Below, piece by piece: positions 1 to 12,529 of a DNA stretch of 64,000 bases (position 1 is its first letter; each line of letters begins with the position of its first letter). Both the position numbers and the translations under genes were made by a program. A model generated the notes under the pieces. That model was given only the letters and a program-made list of their open reading frames with translations, did not search any database and was not told the DNA's origin. The stretch covers positions 12,400,001-12,464,000 of the forward strand of contig CDPCPM010000012.1 of assembly GCA_976551045.1 (NCBI GenBank). Reading direction: 5' to 3'. The DNA comes from Glaucostegus cemiculus. Its lineage: Eukaryota.

Positions 1-600
1 TTAAACAGGCGTGCTCGCCCCCACCCGCCTCCCCTAATCTTTGATTTCCATTTAAATGAGGCTACATTGTGGAAGGGGCTTTATTCACAAGGAGGAATCT
101 AAAGAGACAATGGGCCTTTTAAAAGGGGAGTGAAAAGCCCAGCGTGGGCCCTGTGTTTCCAGCATCGGAGAGTCCACTGTCACCTTTAAAGCTGGCGGCG
201 AGACTGAGCAGAGACCTTCAGCTTCGCTGCTCTTGTGTCCCACCCTTGAAAGGCGGCAGCGGCAACCTCTTGCACCTCAGCTCAGCGCCAGACAAGGGGG
301 GACGGGGGGGAGGAGGAGGAGGTGGGGGGAGGCAGGTTTCTCGGACAAAGGGCTGCTAACAAGTTGCGCGTGTGAATCTGGCCATTAACTAGCTGTCAGT
401 GTGTGACAGGGGCCCCAGACCTGGTATCAAACCTGTCAAAGGGCTATTCACGTGGAGGGACACAGTCCTGCACTCCTTTCCCCCCCCCCCCCTTGATTTG
501 GAAGGCATTCTTAGGGGGTGGTGGAAGGGATTGGCATCCAAACATTGCCGTGATTTAAAAGGAGTCTGAGTGGCCAAATGGGGCTAGTCTAAAGGTATGC
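1..600 (+). promoter_or_regulatory. Probable LRRN1 promoter / non-coding exon 1, with candidate splice donor AAG|GTATGC at 594/595
   Basis: Most GC- and CpG-rich stretch of the window; GC-box-like ccacccgcctcccc; Sox-type ACAATGG and CATTGT and TCF-type CTTTGAT motifs in the first 120 bp; G-tracts at 296-332; consensus-like donor at 595. Assignment to LRRN1 is inferred from the known gene architecture. Confidence 0.5.
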
Positions 601-2059
601 AAACAAGCCTTGCAGCTGCTGTGGTGCTCTGTATATAGATTATACTAACGTGGTTCTGCCTTCACTTTGTGCTCCCTTGCCCTTGTTCCTCTTAGCAGCT
701 GTTCTTCTTGCGAAAGAATGTGTTTCTTTTTTTTTTGGGGGGGGAGGAGAGAATAAGGCGCTACCCTGTGAAGCACTTTGCCTCTTTGGGATCTATCCTT
801 ATTCCTCCACCTTCCCCCACTCTCCCAAGTTTGACTGCCCCCCTTTTCTTTGGTTTATGTTATTAAGACACTAATGCATTTTCCTGACCATTTTTTCCCT
901 GTAGGTTCTTTCCCCGTTAAGTGGCAATGTAAAACGGCAATGGTGAAAAAAAAAACTGCCTGATTTTTCAAGTTTAAAAATAGTTGCAGGCATTTCATTG
1001 AATACTTTTTTCAGGGTGTTGGGTTTTTGAAAAGAATGCAGTACATGAAACAGTATTAACAGTTTGTTCTTGATTTCTGGGGAAACTGGTGTTTGTTTTA
1101 CTAAAGCATAGTGCACTTTATTCTTGTACTAATTTTGGGACTTCCCAATTTTAAACGAAAAGGTTTGTCTTCACAGATTGAAGGAGTTTGTGGAGTTATT
1201 TCCTGGGTATGTCTAGATTTGATTCTGCAAACTCTTTAGTCTCTGGCTTGGACTTGCTGTTATAACTGCCTTGATAGCGATGACCTGGGTCATCTTATCA
1301 GCATTGGCTACAATTATTCATAATAGCTTCCTAAAGGATTTAATAAATCTAACAGTGGCCAATGGTTTTCTTTGTAGCCAACATGGGCCTCTAATAATAA
1401 CCCGTTAAAAATTCATCCTAGTGTTTGTATGCTTGAGTTTAATACCCAATGCTGATGGCTAATTGGTGCAATCTATTGTGTATTTTAACATCTGAATATG
1501 TAAATTTATGAAAAACTATGCAGAATCAGTCTTCAGTTCTGTACAGTTTTGCAGTGGAAGCAAGTACTTGCATGATCATACTTAAATTTTCACTACTTTG
1601 AAATATCAGTTCAATGCATTACTTTAATTGTAAAGGCTGCTTTCCAGAAATATTTCCTATTCCAGTTTTAAGATGTGTATTCATTTACATTTGCATTTAA
1701 TGACACTTAATAATCTTTGAGTATCAAATCCTAATCAATTATAGATTTTTCAATGTTTTGTCAGTGCCTGACTACATTTTGTAGTTAAAGGGTTAATTAT
1801 AGCAAGTTGCTTCAAATAACTTTAGTGACAATACTGTGCTTCCCAGTATCAATGCATTTAAGAACATGCATTTCAGATACCACCTTCCCCCTTTTAATTA
1901 ACACTGCAGTGTGTAACTGCAAGACCATTGTCTTGTCTATGTAGCAGGTGCTGCAGCCAACTCTTCATTCACATAAGAAATAAGTTTTCAATACTTGGGC
2001 CTGACAGCATCATAAAATCTAATCCCACATCCAGTATGGTTTTTCAGCTTTGGATCAGA

Positions 2060-2765
2060 GGATGGCACTCTTACTGGATTGTGGGCTCAAGTCCCACTTC
2101 ACAGGCTTGAGTACAAATATACACTGCCTGAGCTGCTGTTGTTTGGATGAGTCGGAGACCACATCTGCTGTCTTCGATGTATGTAAAAGATCCCAGAGCA
2201 CTATTTTGAGAAACAGATGAGTTATCCCTGGTGCCCTTACCAATGTTTGCCTCTCAATCTCTCTAACAGAATATCTGACTTTTATTTATTCCTTCAGGGA
2301 ATAAGTACATCACTGGCAAGGCCAGCGCTTATTGTTCTTGCCTAGATGTTCCTTCAGATAGTTTATTTCACCATTTTAGTGGGCAGTTAAACATCAACTA
2401 TTTTGGTGGGTCTGGAATCACATAGGCCAGACTGGGTAAGGAGGGAAAATTTCCTTTGCTGAAGGAATGTTACTGAACCAAAGAGTTTTACAATAAACTG
2501 GTAATTCTATGGATTACTGGTACAACTACTTTATTCTGGATTGATTTTGCTTGAATTTTGTATATTTTCCCCCCTGCTTTGAGGTGGACTTAAACTGGTA
2601 TCTACTTAACTATTATCCTGTCACATGGCAAATTGCCATTTGTAGGTGCTTACTATGTGCATATCGGCTGTTACAATAGTAATTGTGTTGCAAAAGTATT
2701 TCAGTGGCCACATGTCCTTTTTCTGATGTCCTGAGATCACTATAAAGAGCTGTAAAATGCAATAT
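2060..2765 (+). mobile_element. DeuSINE/SacSINE1-like tRNA-derived SINE, split by an antisense SINE (2282-2620)
   Basis: Head gtgggctcaagtcccac (B-box-like) and central gatgtaaaagatcccagagcactattttga (2060-2280). The 3' half (caaaagtatttcagtggc...gatgtcctgag...taaaatgcaa) resumes at ~2620. The same motifs recur at 26305-26620. Confidence 0.55.
2282..2620 (-). mobile_element. tRNA-derived SINE with LINE-derived 3' tail
   Basis: Reverse-complement similarity to 35040-35375 (tctggaatcacataggccagactgggtaagg vs gatgtgactccagatccac; gaaaatttccttt vs gaaggaaattt). Tail catcactggcaaggccagc is shared with the LINE 3' ends at 61090 and 63730. Confidence 0.55.
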
Positions 2766-5700
2766 GCATCCTCCCTAAACAATAATGGTACAACTGGTGA
2801 CATTGTGCCTCTTTGTTTAGTACATTACATTTAATACAGCATGTTCATTAATTTTGTACCTCAAACTCCTTTCTAGTTTGGCCAGTTAAGCATGAATATT
2901 AAAGTTCTGATGCATTACTGCTGTTACTACAAGTTTTCTTCTTGTTAAATAGGTGGGGTGATGATGAAAGCTTAACTTGGTGATATTTAAGTTCTTTTAT
3001 GGCCTGTCAGTTTCAGGCTGGTAAGTTAGTATGTTGAGGCACTACACTGAGGAAACCAATTCATTGATCTTGACTTGCCATTTCTGTAACACTGTTATGG
3101 TCCTGAATAAATATTAATGAAGTTATCTGAATTGCTTCTGGCTAGCTTTCTGCATTAGTGCAGAGAAGTTTCAGCAGGGGGTAGTGAGTGCAAGTGACCT
3201 CTATTTTGTGAACAAGGCATGCAGCTATTTCTACCTAGAATGAAGGCATACAATTAACACTATCATCAGGCTTTCTGAGGGTGACTTCTTGTTGTGAAGT
3301 ACTCTGCAGTCCAATAGCTGCCTGCTTTTACACAATAAAACATTGGTGCCAGATTAATCTTGCTTGATTCTCTTCAGCAATTCACCACAAACAAGCAAAC
3401 TTTTTTGCAGCAATGCATGAAATGTTTTCCTTTTGGAAATTTGCATGTGTATCAAATAGAATTTAACCTCATTCTGGGGTCATGTGCTGGAACAGAAGCT
3501 TGAGTGGATTAAATAATCACAAGGCAGGGTTTAGAGGAAGCCATTAAGTTCAACATGGGTTGTCTAAGGTAAATGTTTCATAGTTCTCAACCTTCATGTC
3601 ACTTGAACAAACAGCAATCACTTGTGTTAGCTCTAAACAACAGTCTATTTCCAAATGAACTTTAAAACATTAGCACTAAACTTTCACATTTTGAACATTA
3701 GTCAAACTATTACAATTTTGTATGAACTACTCTAAATCTGAAGCTTGTAGAAATTGAGTTAATGTGGCCATTTAAGCCATGGAATCTACCACTTAAGTAT
3801 CATTATTCTAATAAATACTTCACAGCAACAGATGCAAAGAAAGTATTTAAATTAGCTTTTCATGGGGGGAGGCGGGAACTCCCTTTTGGTGCTGTGGGAA
3901 ACAGATTGACCTGTCAATGGAAGTTGCCATGGAAACATGTCAAACTCCTCATTTCTTCCCTTCCCCCCGCCCCCTCCCCCTCCCCCTCCCCAACCCAATT
4001 CTGCCTGAGTCCTAATCCCAGTGACTCAATGAAGGAATGAGGGCACATTGTTTACAAAGTGAGAATGACAAAAAACAATATTAGTGAATATCCAGGTGCA
4101 TGTCACTATTCAATTTGCTGCTTCTGGTTGAGGTGATTAAACTAAATTGGGGTTAAATTCTACCTTTTTAACAAAAGCAAGCTGATAATCAAATCTTCAA
4201 TCAAAAAAGCAACAAAACTTTTAAATAGAGCAAAACATCATAACAATAAGCTGAATGACAGCAGAGGAAAAGAAGACTTGAGGTGGAAATTGGCCAGTTT
4301 CTCCACCTTCCCATTCTCTGTCTACTTTGTCATGGCACTTTTTAACAACTTTAGTTCTATTGTTAGCAAATTTTAGATTTGGGATGTGCACAGGTTAGTG
4401 TCAACTATTTGGGTTGTTTTTGGTACTGTTTGATCTAATACTTAGTAACATGAATTTATTAAACTATTTCCTGTTCTGTTGAATAATTGATTAGTCCAAA
4501 GCATAGAATGATTAGCATTCTCTTCACTATTTTTTCCCTCTTGTTTTTTGAAACCAACTTTTTTAAAACTTTGAAATGCTGTTTGAGTTCATTTCATTAA
4601 TTGACTGTTTTTTTTAAATTGGCTGAAGGAGTGTTGGCACCTAGCATGACCTTAAAGGCTTCACAGTCTGGCTGTCCTGCCAGGCATGTGCACAGTTTCA
4701 TGTCTCTGCTTATCCTTGAGGTGGACAGTGGTGGCATTTGTAGAGCTCCATAATGATGGAATGAAATGAAGACACAATACTTGATTAATCTAGGCCAGTG
4801 TTAACTGAGTTCAGCTCACTATGGTCAGCAGAAGGTAGGGTTGTAAATACCCCAGAGGAGAATGGGTCTCCTCACCTTAATAACTTGCCCATTTAATTGA
4901 TTGGTTAGTACAGACTGTTGGGAATAAAGGTTCCCTTGATTTGCCACTAATACTTGTACTGCATCTTCAGCTCAAATATTAGTTGTACCTTGGCAATGAA
5001 TTATCATATGTGGGAATATGCAATCAATCAGAAGGCCATATGGCTGTGACTGGGCTGACTTTGAATAGTTTAGTAAATGTATCCATTAATGGCATTGTGG
5101 AGTGCTTCAGGAAAATCATAGCTAAAGTTTTAACTTTGCAACTTCCTTTTAATTTCTTGTTGAACCTCCACTTACTGAGGGCAACATATTTCTGATCAGA
5201 ACCAGTCCATCTTTGAAGTGACTTGGTCATGCTGCTTTGTTGGTATAGACCGATGAACAACTGTTGCCACTTTCTTCCCTCTTTTTTTCCTCTTGTTTCT
5301 GCTGCACTATGTGGCTTAGCAACAGAAGCTGCCAGGAATTCCCTCTGGGTATCCCCATTTCCTCTAGTTTAGGCTGAGGAAAGTCCCAACAAGAATAACA
5401 CTGAGACTAAGGAATTCGGCAATCAAAAGAGAGACTACCCCAATACAGCAATGTACATGGTTTATGTGCTTGCAATTTGCATTTGTAACAAATCTTCCCT
5501 TTGTGTAGGGACATTAACTCTGGTAATGTGACAACTGAGCCCATAGTGTTGGAATTAATTTAACATGGCTGGCATTCTGACAAAAAAGACAGGGTGTTGG
5601 ATTGTTTCAGTATCTAGAAGCTGTTTCCATTGCTGTATGTCTCTCTGACTCAGTACAAAATGTGTGCAATGCTCCCTACCACCTTTCCCAGCCAACTGGC

Positions 5701-8700
5701 CACTGGGTGGAGCAAGAAAATACTTGTACCATTGATGTCCTTTGGAAATATTTGTTGGTATGTTGCATAAAATTGTATAAGAATGAGCTGCCTGTCACCT
5801 TGTCCCTTTTTGTGTAGTAAGATCCCACAGAGCCCCAGTAATGAATTGCCAGACTCAACCTGGTGGTTGAGGTAGAGCTGGAAACTGCCCTCTTGCACTA
5901 TCTTAGTATTGAGATGGATTTTTACAGCTACCTGAACAATTGGGGCTCTAGATGAATACAGCCCACACCTCCTGCCCTGACGCTTCAAAAACTAACTACA
6001 TTTCCCACTTGTGCTGAGCTATAACATCAGCTTGGTTAATATGTTCCAGTTCTGCAGCTTGGTCTGAATCTACTACACTCTGACTCTAATTACATTTGCC
6101 ATCTTGTGCCAGGTTGTGCTCAGGTGTCTTTGGTAACAAATTCCATGTAAACAGAAACTGGATTATCTATTCTGGTTGTCATTGCTGATTATCAGTCATC
6201 CCCAGAGTGTGCATCATAAGAATCATGCTGACATAATACCCAAAGGTAACCACTGCAGCTGCATAAACAGTGCTCTAGATATGTGTCAGAGGTCCACTGA
6301 GATTTGACTAAGTAAATTAGGCCTCTGATATTTGTGCACCAGTGTAGGCCTGGTTACACTTGTGCCCTAGATAAAGGGTTCTGCATTCTGCTATTTTTGG
6401 GAAGGGTTAAATCTACAGTATTCCCTCTTTTTAATTAATGCACATAATCACTTCCCCCACATGTTAGTTCTGTGGAAGTTGGAGGCTTTTGTTTACATTT
6501 GCTTTCCACTTGGTTTGAACCCCTGATTTCTTCCTGCTCCCCCACTCCAATGTGTAACTAGCATCGTTTGATGCACCTCGTGCACTTTTAAATATTTAAA
6601 CAGTGGAAACCAGACTTCAAACTTATTTGAGGCCACACTTTGGAATGTCTTCTTGCTGCACAGGTATTTATTCCAATCCACTTCTAATTGGGGATTAATT
6701 TCTGTAAGGAATAAAAATTCTTTCCCACATACTTGGCCTTGAACCAAGAGTAGCCAAGCTGATTTGTCTACCCTTGTGTGCCACCTATTTGGCCAGCCGT
6801 TTTCCTGTATTGCTTAATCTCGTGGCAATGCTGACTGCAGCTATTCATTCTGCTCCTGGACCAATTACTGGTGTTTTCTTCACTTAAAAGTAAGGGGAGA
6901 TTTTCATAAATCGGATCTACAGAGATTTGGTCACATGGTGGGGACTGCATCACAGCTGTAATTTTTTCCTTGTCTGAGTTGTATGGGTTTTCAAATTGAC
7001 TGCATTACACTAAAAATTTCACAATACGTGAATCGAATGTAGTAGATCTGTCCATGGCATTGTGCTAATCGGAGTTCTAATTCAAAATGAAATGTTGCAC
7101 TGAATTGATGAGCTTTTGCAGGGATCTTGTTTATTAAGTGTTATAGTCAAAGAGCAACAAAAGTCCTTTTTCTTTTGTCCTGTTTGGTTTGGATCAACAG
7201 TCATACAAGATTAAATAACATGCAGTTGGTAAAACCACACTTTCCTTGTGTAAATTATTTGTTGTCATTCCTGATGGGGATGTTACAGGGTGCTTAAATT
7301 CAATCAAGTCTGAGCAATTACACCTCTCCAAACTTAATCTAAACCTTTAAAATGGAACTTGGCTCTTATTTTTCTGGATCTTGTCCTTGCAAGTTCTGAA
7401 CTTGTGCACCAATTAAGGTTTGAATTTCTGATCAATGGTACTTGGTACAAAGATTGTCTGAGTTTAACATTGGGTATTCACTTAAGAGGTTATCTTGCCC
7501 CAAAAGCTAACTTGCAGAAAACTATTTTTTCTGCCGGTGATACTTTGGATCCATTGCCTGAACATATGACCTACCATTTGCTGCTTTTTTTTCTATGCTC
7601 ACCAATGATTCTCATTGTACAACAGTTTACAGATCATTCCTTTCTGGATGTTTATTGTAATAATCCAAAACAGATCTACTTCCCCTTGGCAAACTAACTT
7701 CCTTTTGCTTAATGTAATTATTCATTTTTTCTCTTTTATTATAACAAAATCCATTAGTTTCTACCTTATTTGTTACTCCTGTGAATACTAACACCTATCT
7801 TGTGGCCAGTCAATACTATTTGCCTAAAGTACAAGATAACTATTATAATAACATTGGGTTGAATGACCACATTGACCTTGATGCACTTAATTTGGCTATG
7901 ATGGACAGCACTACTAAAATAATTGCAGTGGTTTTGCAATTGGATGTAGTTGTCATATCCTCTGAGGTCACCACTACTCACAGGAGGTGACTACTAAATG
8001 GGAGGAATGGTTTTGTGTGTGTGGTAGAGGTTTCAAAAAGTTGGATGATTTGTTATCAATGATTAACATGTCATAATGCTATTTTGTTTTTTCCAAAAAA
8101 TAATTCAATTATCTGAAGGAGAATGGTTGGGAATTCTGAAATCCATTTGGTGATGGTTTAAATGTTTTGGTACTTGACTATATTTGAACTTGCCTAAGAA
8201 AATGTTCACTTTGAATGTCTGTCACATTTTGGATATTCCTCTGTTAACTTTAGGAGAATCCAGGGTTGAGGTGACTATTTGCAAGCACTTCCACCAGCTT
8301 CAATAAATGCCCAAAGACTTGGACAGATATACAAGAGACTGGCTGCAGAACAATCAAACATTACAGCATTGAGTAATGACACAGGCAATGGTATATACTA
8401 ATTTGCACAAGTATATAGTAAACTTTACTCTTCAAAGAAGATGAATGCTTTGTATTTAACATTCTTAGCAGAAACCAAAAATGTTTAGGATTGTTCTATA
8501 GCAGCTGATGATTGTTGAATGTTTTGTGTATTTTCTTTCCACCTCCCTCACTTATTCATTGTACTTCCAAGTCCTTAAGCTACATTTTTGGAATGGTGTA
8601 GGTACAATATTTGTGGCTGTCACCTTCAATTACTTGCCCCAGCATACAGCAGGAGAAGAGTAGGAATGAAGCATCTTAATCCAATCAACTTGCTGCAGTG

Positions 8701-8952
8701 AAGCAGGTACAAATCAAATGGAGATAAGGTACTTGTTTCAACAGTACATTGGCATCTTGCTAATGATGTTGGGGAAAGCTTATCTACTGTAGGTCAGCAT
8801 GGAAAGCTTAATGTGCTGGATATGAGTATAGGATAGAAAATTAGAGTTCTACCTCCAGCCTGTACTTGCACTATTCCTATTCTTGGAGCACTAAAGATTT
8901 GCAAATTGACTGTTCACTCTGCAAATATGGTAAAAGATCACCCCTGCACATG

Positions 8953-9560
8953 TTATAGAACCATAGGACAGTACAGCACAATACAGGCCCTTTGGCCCAC
9001 CATGTTGTGCAGACCTATAAACCACCCCTAAGACTATATAACCCCTTCCTCCCACATATCCAAATATCCTTTAAATTCCTCCACATGTTTATCTAACAAT
9101 CTCTTGAATTTGACCAATGTACCTGCCTCCACCACTGCCCCAGGCAGCACATTCCATGCCTCAATCACACTCTGGGTGGAAAAACCTCCCTCTGATATCT
9201 CCCTTGAACTTCCCACTCATTACTTTAAAGCCGTGCCCTCTTGTATTGAGCATTGGTGCCCTGGGAAAGAGGTGCTGGCTGTCCACTCTATCTATTCCTC
9301 TTAATATTTTGTATACCTCTATCATGTCTCTCCTCATCCTCTTCTTCAATGAGTAAAGCCCTAGCTCCATTAGTCTCTCCTCCTAATCCATACACTCCAA
9401 TCCAGGCAGCATCCTGGTAAATCTCCTCTGCACCCTTTCCAATGCCTCCATCCTTCCTATAATGAGGTGACCAAAACTGAACACAGTTTTCTGTGTGGTC
9501 TAACCAGAGTTTTGTAGAGCTGCATCATTAACTTGCATCTCTTAAACTCTATCCCATGAC
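8953..9560 (-). mobile_element. 5'-truncated CR1 (HER1-like) LINE 3' end
   Basis: Minus-strand ORF LGLYSLKKRMRRDMIEVYKILRGIDRVDSQHLFPR...TRGHGFKV and ...WNVLPGAVVEAGTLVKFKRLLD, the CR1 ORF2 C-terminus. The 3'UTR hairpin/tail reads gtgggccaaagggcctgtattgtgctgtactgtcctatggttctat. Homologous to 51950-52405. Confidence 0.92.
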
Positions 9561-9969
9561 TTGTGTTATGCTAAAAAGCAGACTTTTGTATCAAATGTGA
9601 TGTCTCTTCCATATTTGCTCATTTATGTTGCTTCCCCCCCCACCTCTCACCCCCAGTATTAAACTATTTATTTTGGGGGAGATGGGGGAAAGGAGTCATT
9701 TTCATTCAAAAACAATATTTACGTGGTTTTTAGCTTGTAGGGAGAACTTATTGAATGCCATGGCATATACTGGAAGAAATTATCCTGTACATTAGTAGGT
9801 GTTGATAAAAGTGGGCAAGCTAGCATATTTTTAAAAAATATTTATGACTGTGTTAAGCCAATCCATAGTGACTAGATAAAGTGGATTATGCAAATGGAAC
9901 CATCAGAACAACATGGGAGTACAAGTTTTTTTGATGTGGGTGGATGCAGTATCAATTTAAAACTAACTT

Positions 9970-10270
9970 TTATTATTCATACATGGGTTAAAGACATAAG
10001 TCTAGCATTCACTTGTCTTCTATTGTCCCCTACATTGAGTGGTTGCTGGGCTATTTCAGAGGGCAGTAAATCAACTACACTGGGCCAGGTGCAGGGATGG
10101 CACCAGCTTTGAACCAGATAGGGATTCTATGGTCATCATTAATGATGCTATCCCTTTAAATTTCATATTCATTTACTTGAATTTGAACTCTGCACAGGCT
10201 GGGGTCAAGTTCCAACTTGTCTCTGTCATTAGTACCCTGTCTCTGACTTTTCTTCTAGTCCAGGCTTAAA
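9970..10270 (-). mobile_element. Degenerate SINE of the 2282/35040 family
   Basis: Shares gggcagtaaatcaactaca...gggccaggt...gatggca and ttgaatttgaactctgcacag with 2282-2620. Confidence 0.45.
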
Positions 10271-10299
10271 AGAACTTGTACTTTTTTTCCTCCTCATAT

Positions 10300-10930
10300 T
10301 CCATCCATTGTGTCCTTGTCCACATACTTGGCCTGTTGATGTACTTGACTGTGGTCCTCTCATCCAAACCATTAATGGCTTTCAGCCCAGCACTAATTTC
10401 TGCAGTAGCCACAGCCTCCTAATGACAAATGACCTGTTAACAAATTTCAACCAGGCCAACACATTACCCCCAATTCCTTGTATCCTAATCTTTTGTATGG
10501 TATCTTGTAAAAGGCCTTTTAATCTAAATGCATTTAATCTTTGTTTCCACAATTTCTAACTGCTGGTTACTACCTCAATAAAATTTGAACAATCTGTCCA
10601 ATGGATTTAGAAAGTAAAATCATAATGATGACTGCTAATCCTATTGTCATTTTCTAATACCCTGTTACCACTTATTTGGCATTGGGTCATAGTATTAACC
10701 TGCCATTGGTGTTGGGATGAGTGGTCTATAATTCCTATTTTCTCTTGCTTCTTGGACAATGAAGTTACATTTTCTGTCCCTAATCTGTGAGAATTATTCC
10801 ATAATCTATAGATTCTGGAAAATCACAGCCATTGCATTCATTATCCAGTACACCACCTTTAAAATCTTTGGAATGTGTCTTGAATAGGTCCTGGGGATTT
10901 GAGTTTTTAATCCCATAAACCTTTTTGATT
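10300..10930 (-). mobile_element. Highly degenerate CR1-like RT fragment
   Basis: Remnants such as ctgctggttactacctcaataaaatttgaacaatctgtc and gatgagtggtctataattcc are the reverse complements of the CR1 RT segments (QHGF...TNL..FFEEVT; NYRP.SLT) seen intact at 51020-51200. Confidence 0.45.
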
Positions 10931-11344
10931 TTAAACTTGGCCTGCCACCCCCAAATCCACAGGGAAGGTTGACTCGCCATCCCTTGTCCCACCTGTTAAA
11001 CCCAAAAATGGGCATTTGGGGGCAGGTTAGAGACTTTAAGATGATTTAACAATCAACTTGCATTTAAATTCAGACTGAAATTTACAGATGAGCAAACAAT
11101 AAATCTGTAGAACAGCTTTCACTTGAGGGGCATTCAAAACTGATGGGATTAATTACAATGAGCAATGTAAAACTTGATGTGCAAATGGAATGCTTAACTT
11201 TCCACTAGTATGGGCTTTCTTGACTCAGCAGGCTAATTTGTTGGGTGTTGATTGCTCTGGCTAGTCAACAACCTTATTGCTATATTCTGTGACAAACAGT
11301 ATTGTGCATATTGAAATAGATAAAACCTTAATGGGACAGATTTT

Positions 11345-12525
11345 TAAAATCAAAAAACTTTTCATAATAAGAAACTATATACAATTATAAAACAGTGCAA
11401 GCCTTTATATTCTTGTACAGATCATTCCTTAGTGTTACCTTTTTGTGTAAAAAAAAAAACACAGCACTGATGCCACATGTGCAGCTCCCTGGGGGCTACT
11501 CAGTCCTGTATTTACAATATTTAAGGGGCTTTCTTGCCTGACCCTGCCCCTCCCTCTCCTGTGGCAGGAAAAACCCTAAACTAGTGCTTCCCCACTGAGC
11601 CCTTGTGTTGGCTCTACCCAGCTTCAGTATGTTCCTCGGCTAGTTGGCAGCATTCCCCTACAGACACCTTGCAGTGCTGGAAGATGTGGTTTTGGGCAGA
11701 CCAAAGGGCATCTTGCAGAGAGTTGATAACCTTCCAGCAGCAGTTGATGTCTGTCTCCTTGGGAACAGCCTGTAGATCAGAGAAGATTAACCATGGCAAG
11801 GATACTTGCATCTTTTGCCACACCCTCCTCACAAACCTACAGCCCACAAAGAGGTGGGCAACTGTCTCGTCCCCAGCCCAGTCCTCCTGGGGGCAGTGTG
11901 TGCTGGGAGTGAGGTTCTGACCATACAGGAAGGATTTGACTTGGAGGCCTGTCTCACTGCCATCCAAGTGAGGTCCTGGTGCCTGTTGGTGAGTTCTGGC
12001 GATGAGGCATACTGTCAGATGGTCTGGACAGCCTGCTCAGGGAACCACCCCATAATATCCATTGAGTCCTTCTCCTGCAGTGTCTGCAGGATGTTCCTTA
12101 CTGACCACTGCCTGACAGATGTGGTCAAAGGTGTCGGTTTGGAAGAACTTTTCCATGAAGGACAGGTAGTGTGGCAACATCTAGTTGACTGGGACACCAT
12201 GTGGCCACAGGGCCAGGCCTAGCCTTCACAACAGCAGGGATAGGTAGAACCTCAGTATGTAGTGGCACTTGGTACCCATGTACTTGGGTTCTATGCACAG
12301 CCTGATGCAGCTATGGACTAAGGTCCTCAGCAGGATGAGGGTGACTTTGGGGACACCTTTACCTCCATTGTCCAGGGACTTCTGCATGGTGACCCATTGC
12401 ACCCACTCCATCTTGGATCCCCAGATGAGCTGGAAGGTGGCATGGGTGATTTCCAAGCCAGAGGAGCAAGGAACAGGCCACATCTGTGCCAAGTACAATG
12501 GCCCTGAGCACACCTCATACCTGAT
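11345..12525 (-). mobile_element. Tx1/L1-clade LINE 3' portion, copy 1 (zf-RVT CCHC domain)
   Basis: Minus-strand ORFs CPQEDWAGDETVAHLFVGCRFVRRVW...CWKVINSLQDALWSAQN and LVHSCIRLCIEPKYMGTKCHYILRFYLS are typical of the Tx1-like ORF2 C-terminus; A-rich 3' end at ~11345. Confidence 0.85.
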
Positions 12526-12529
12526 AACC

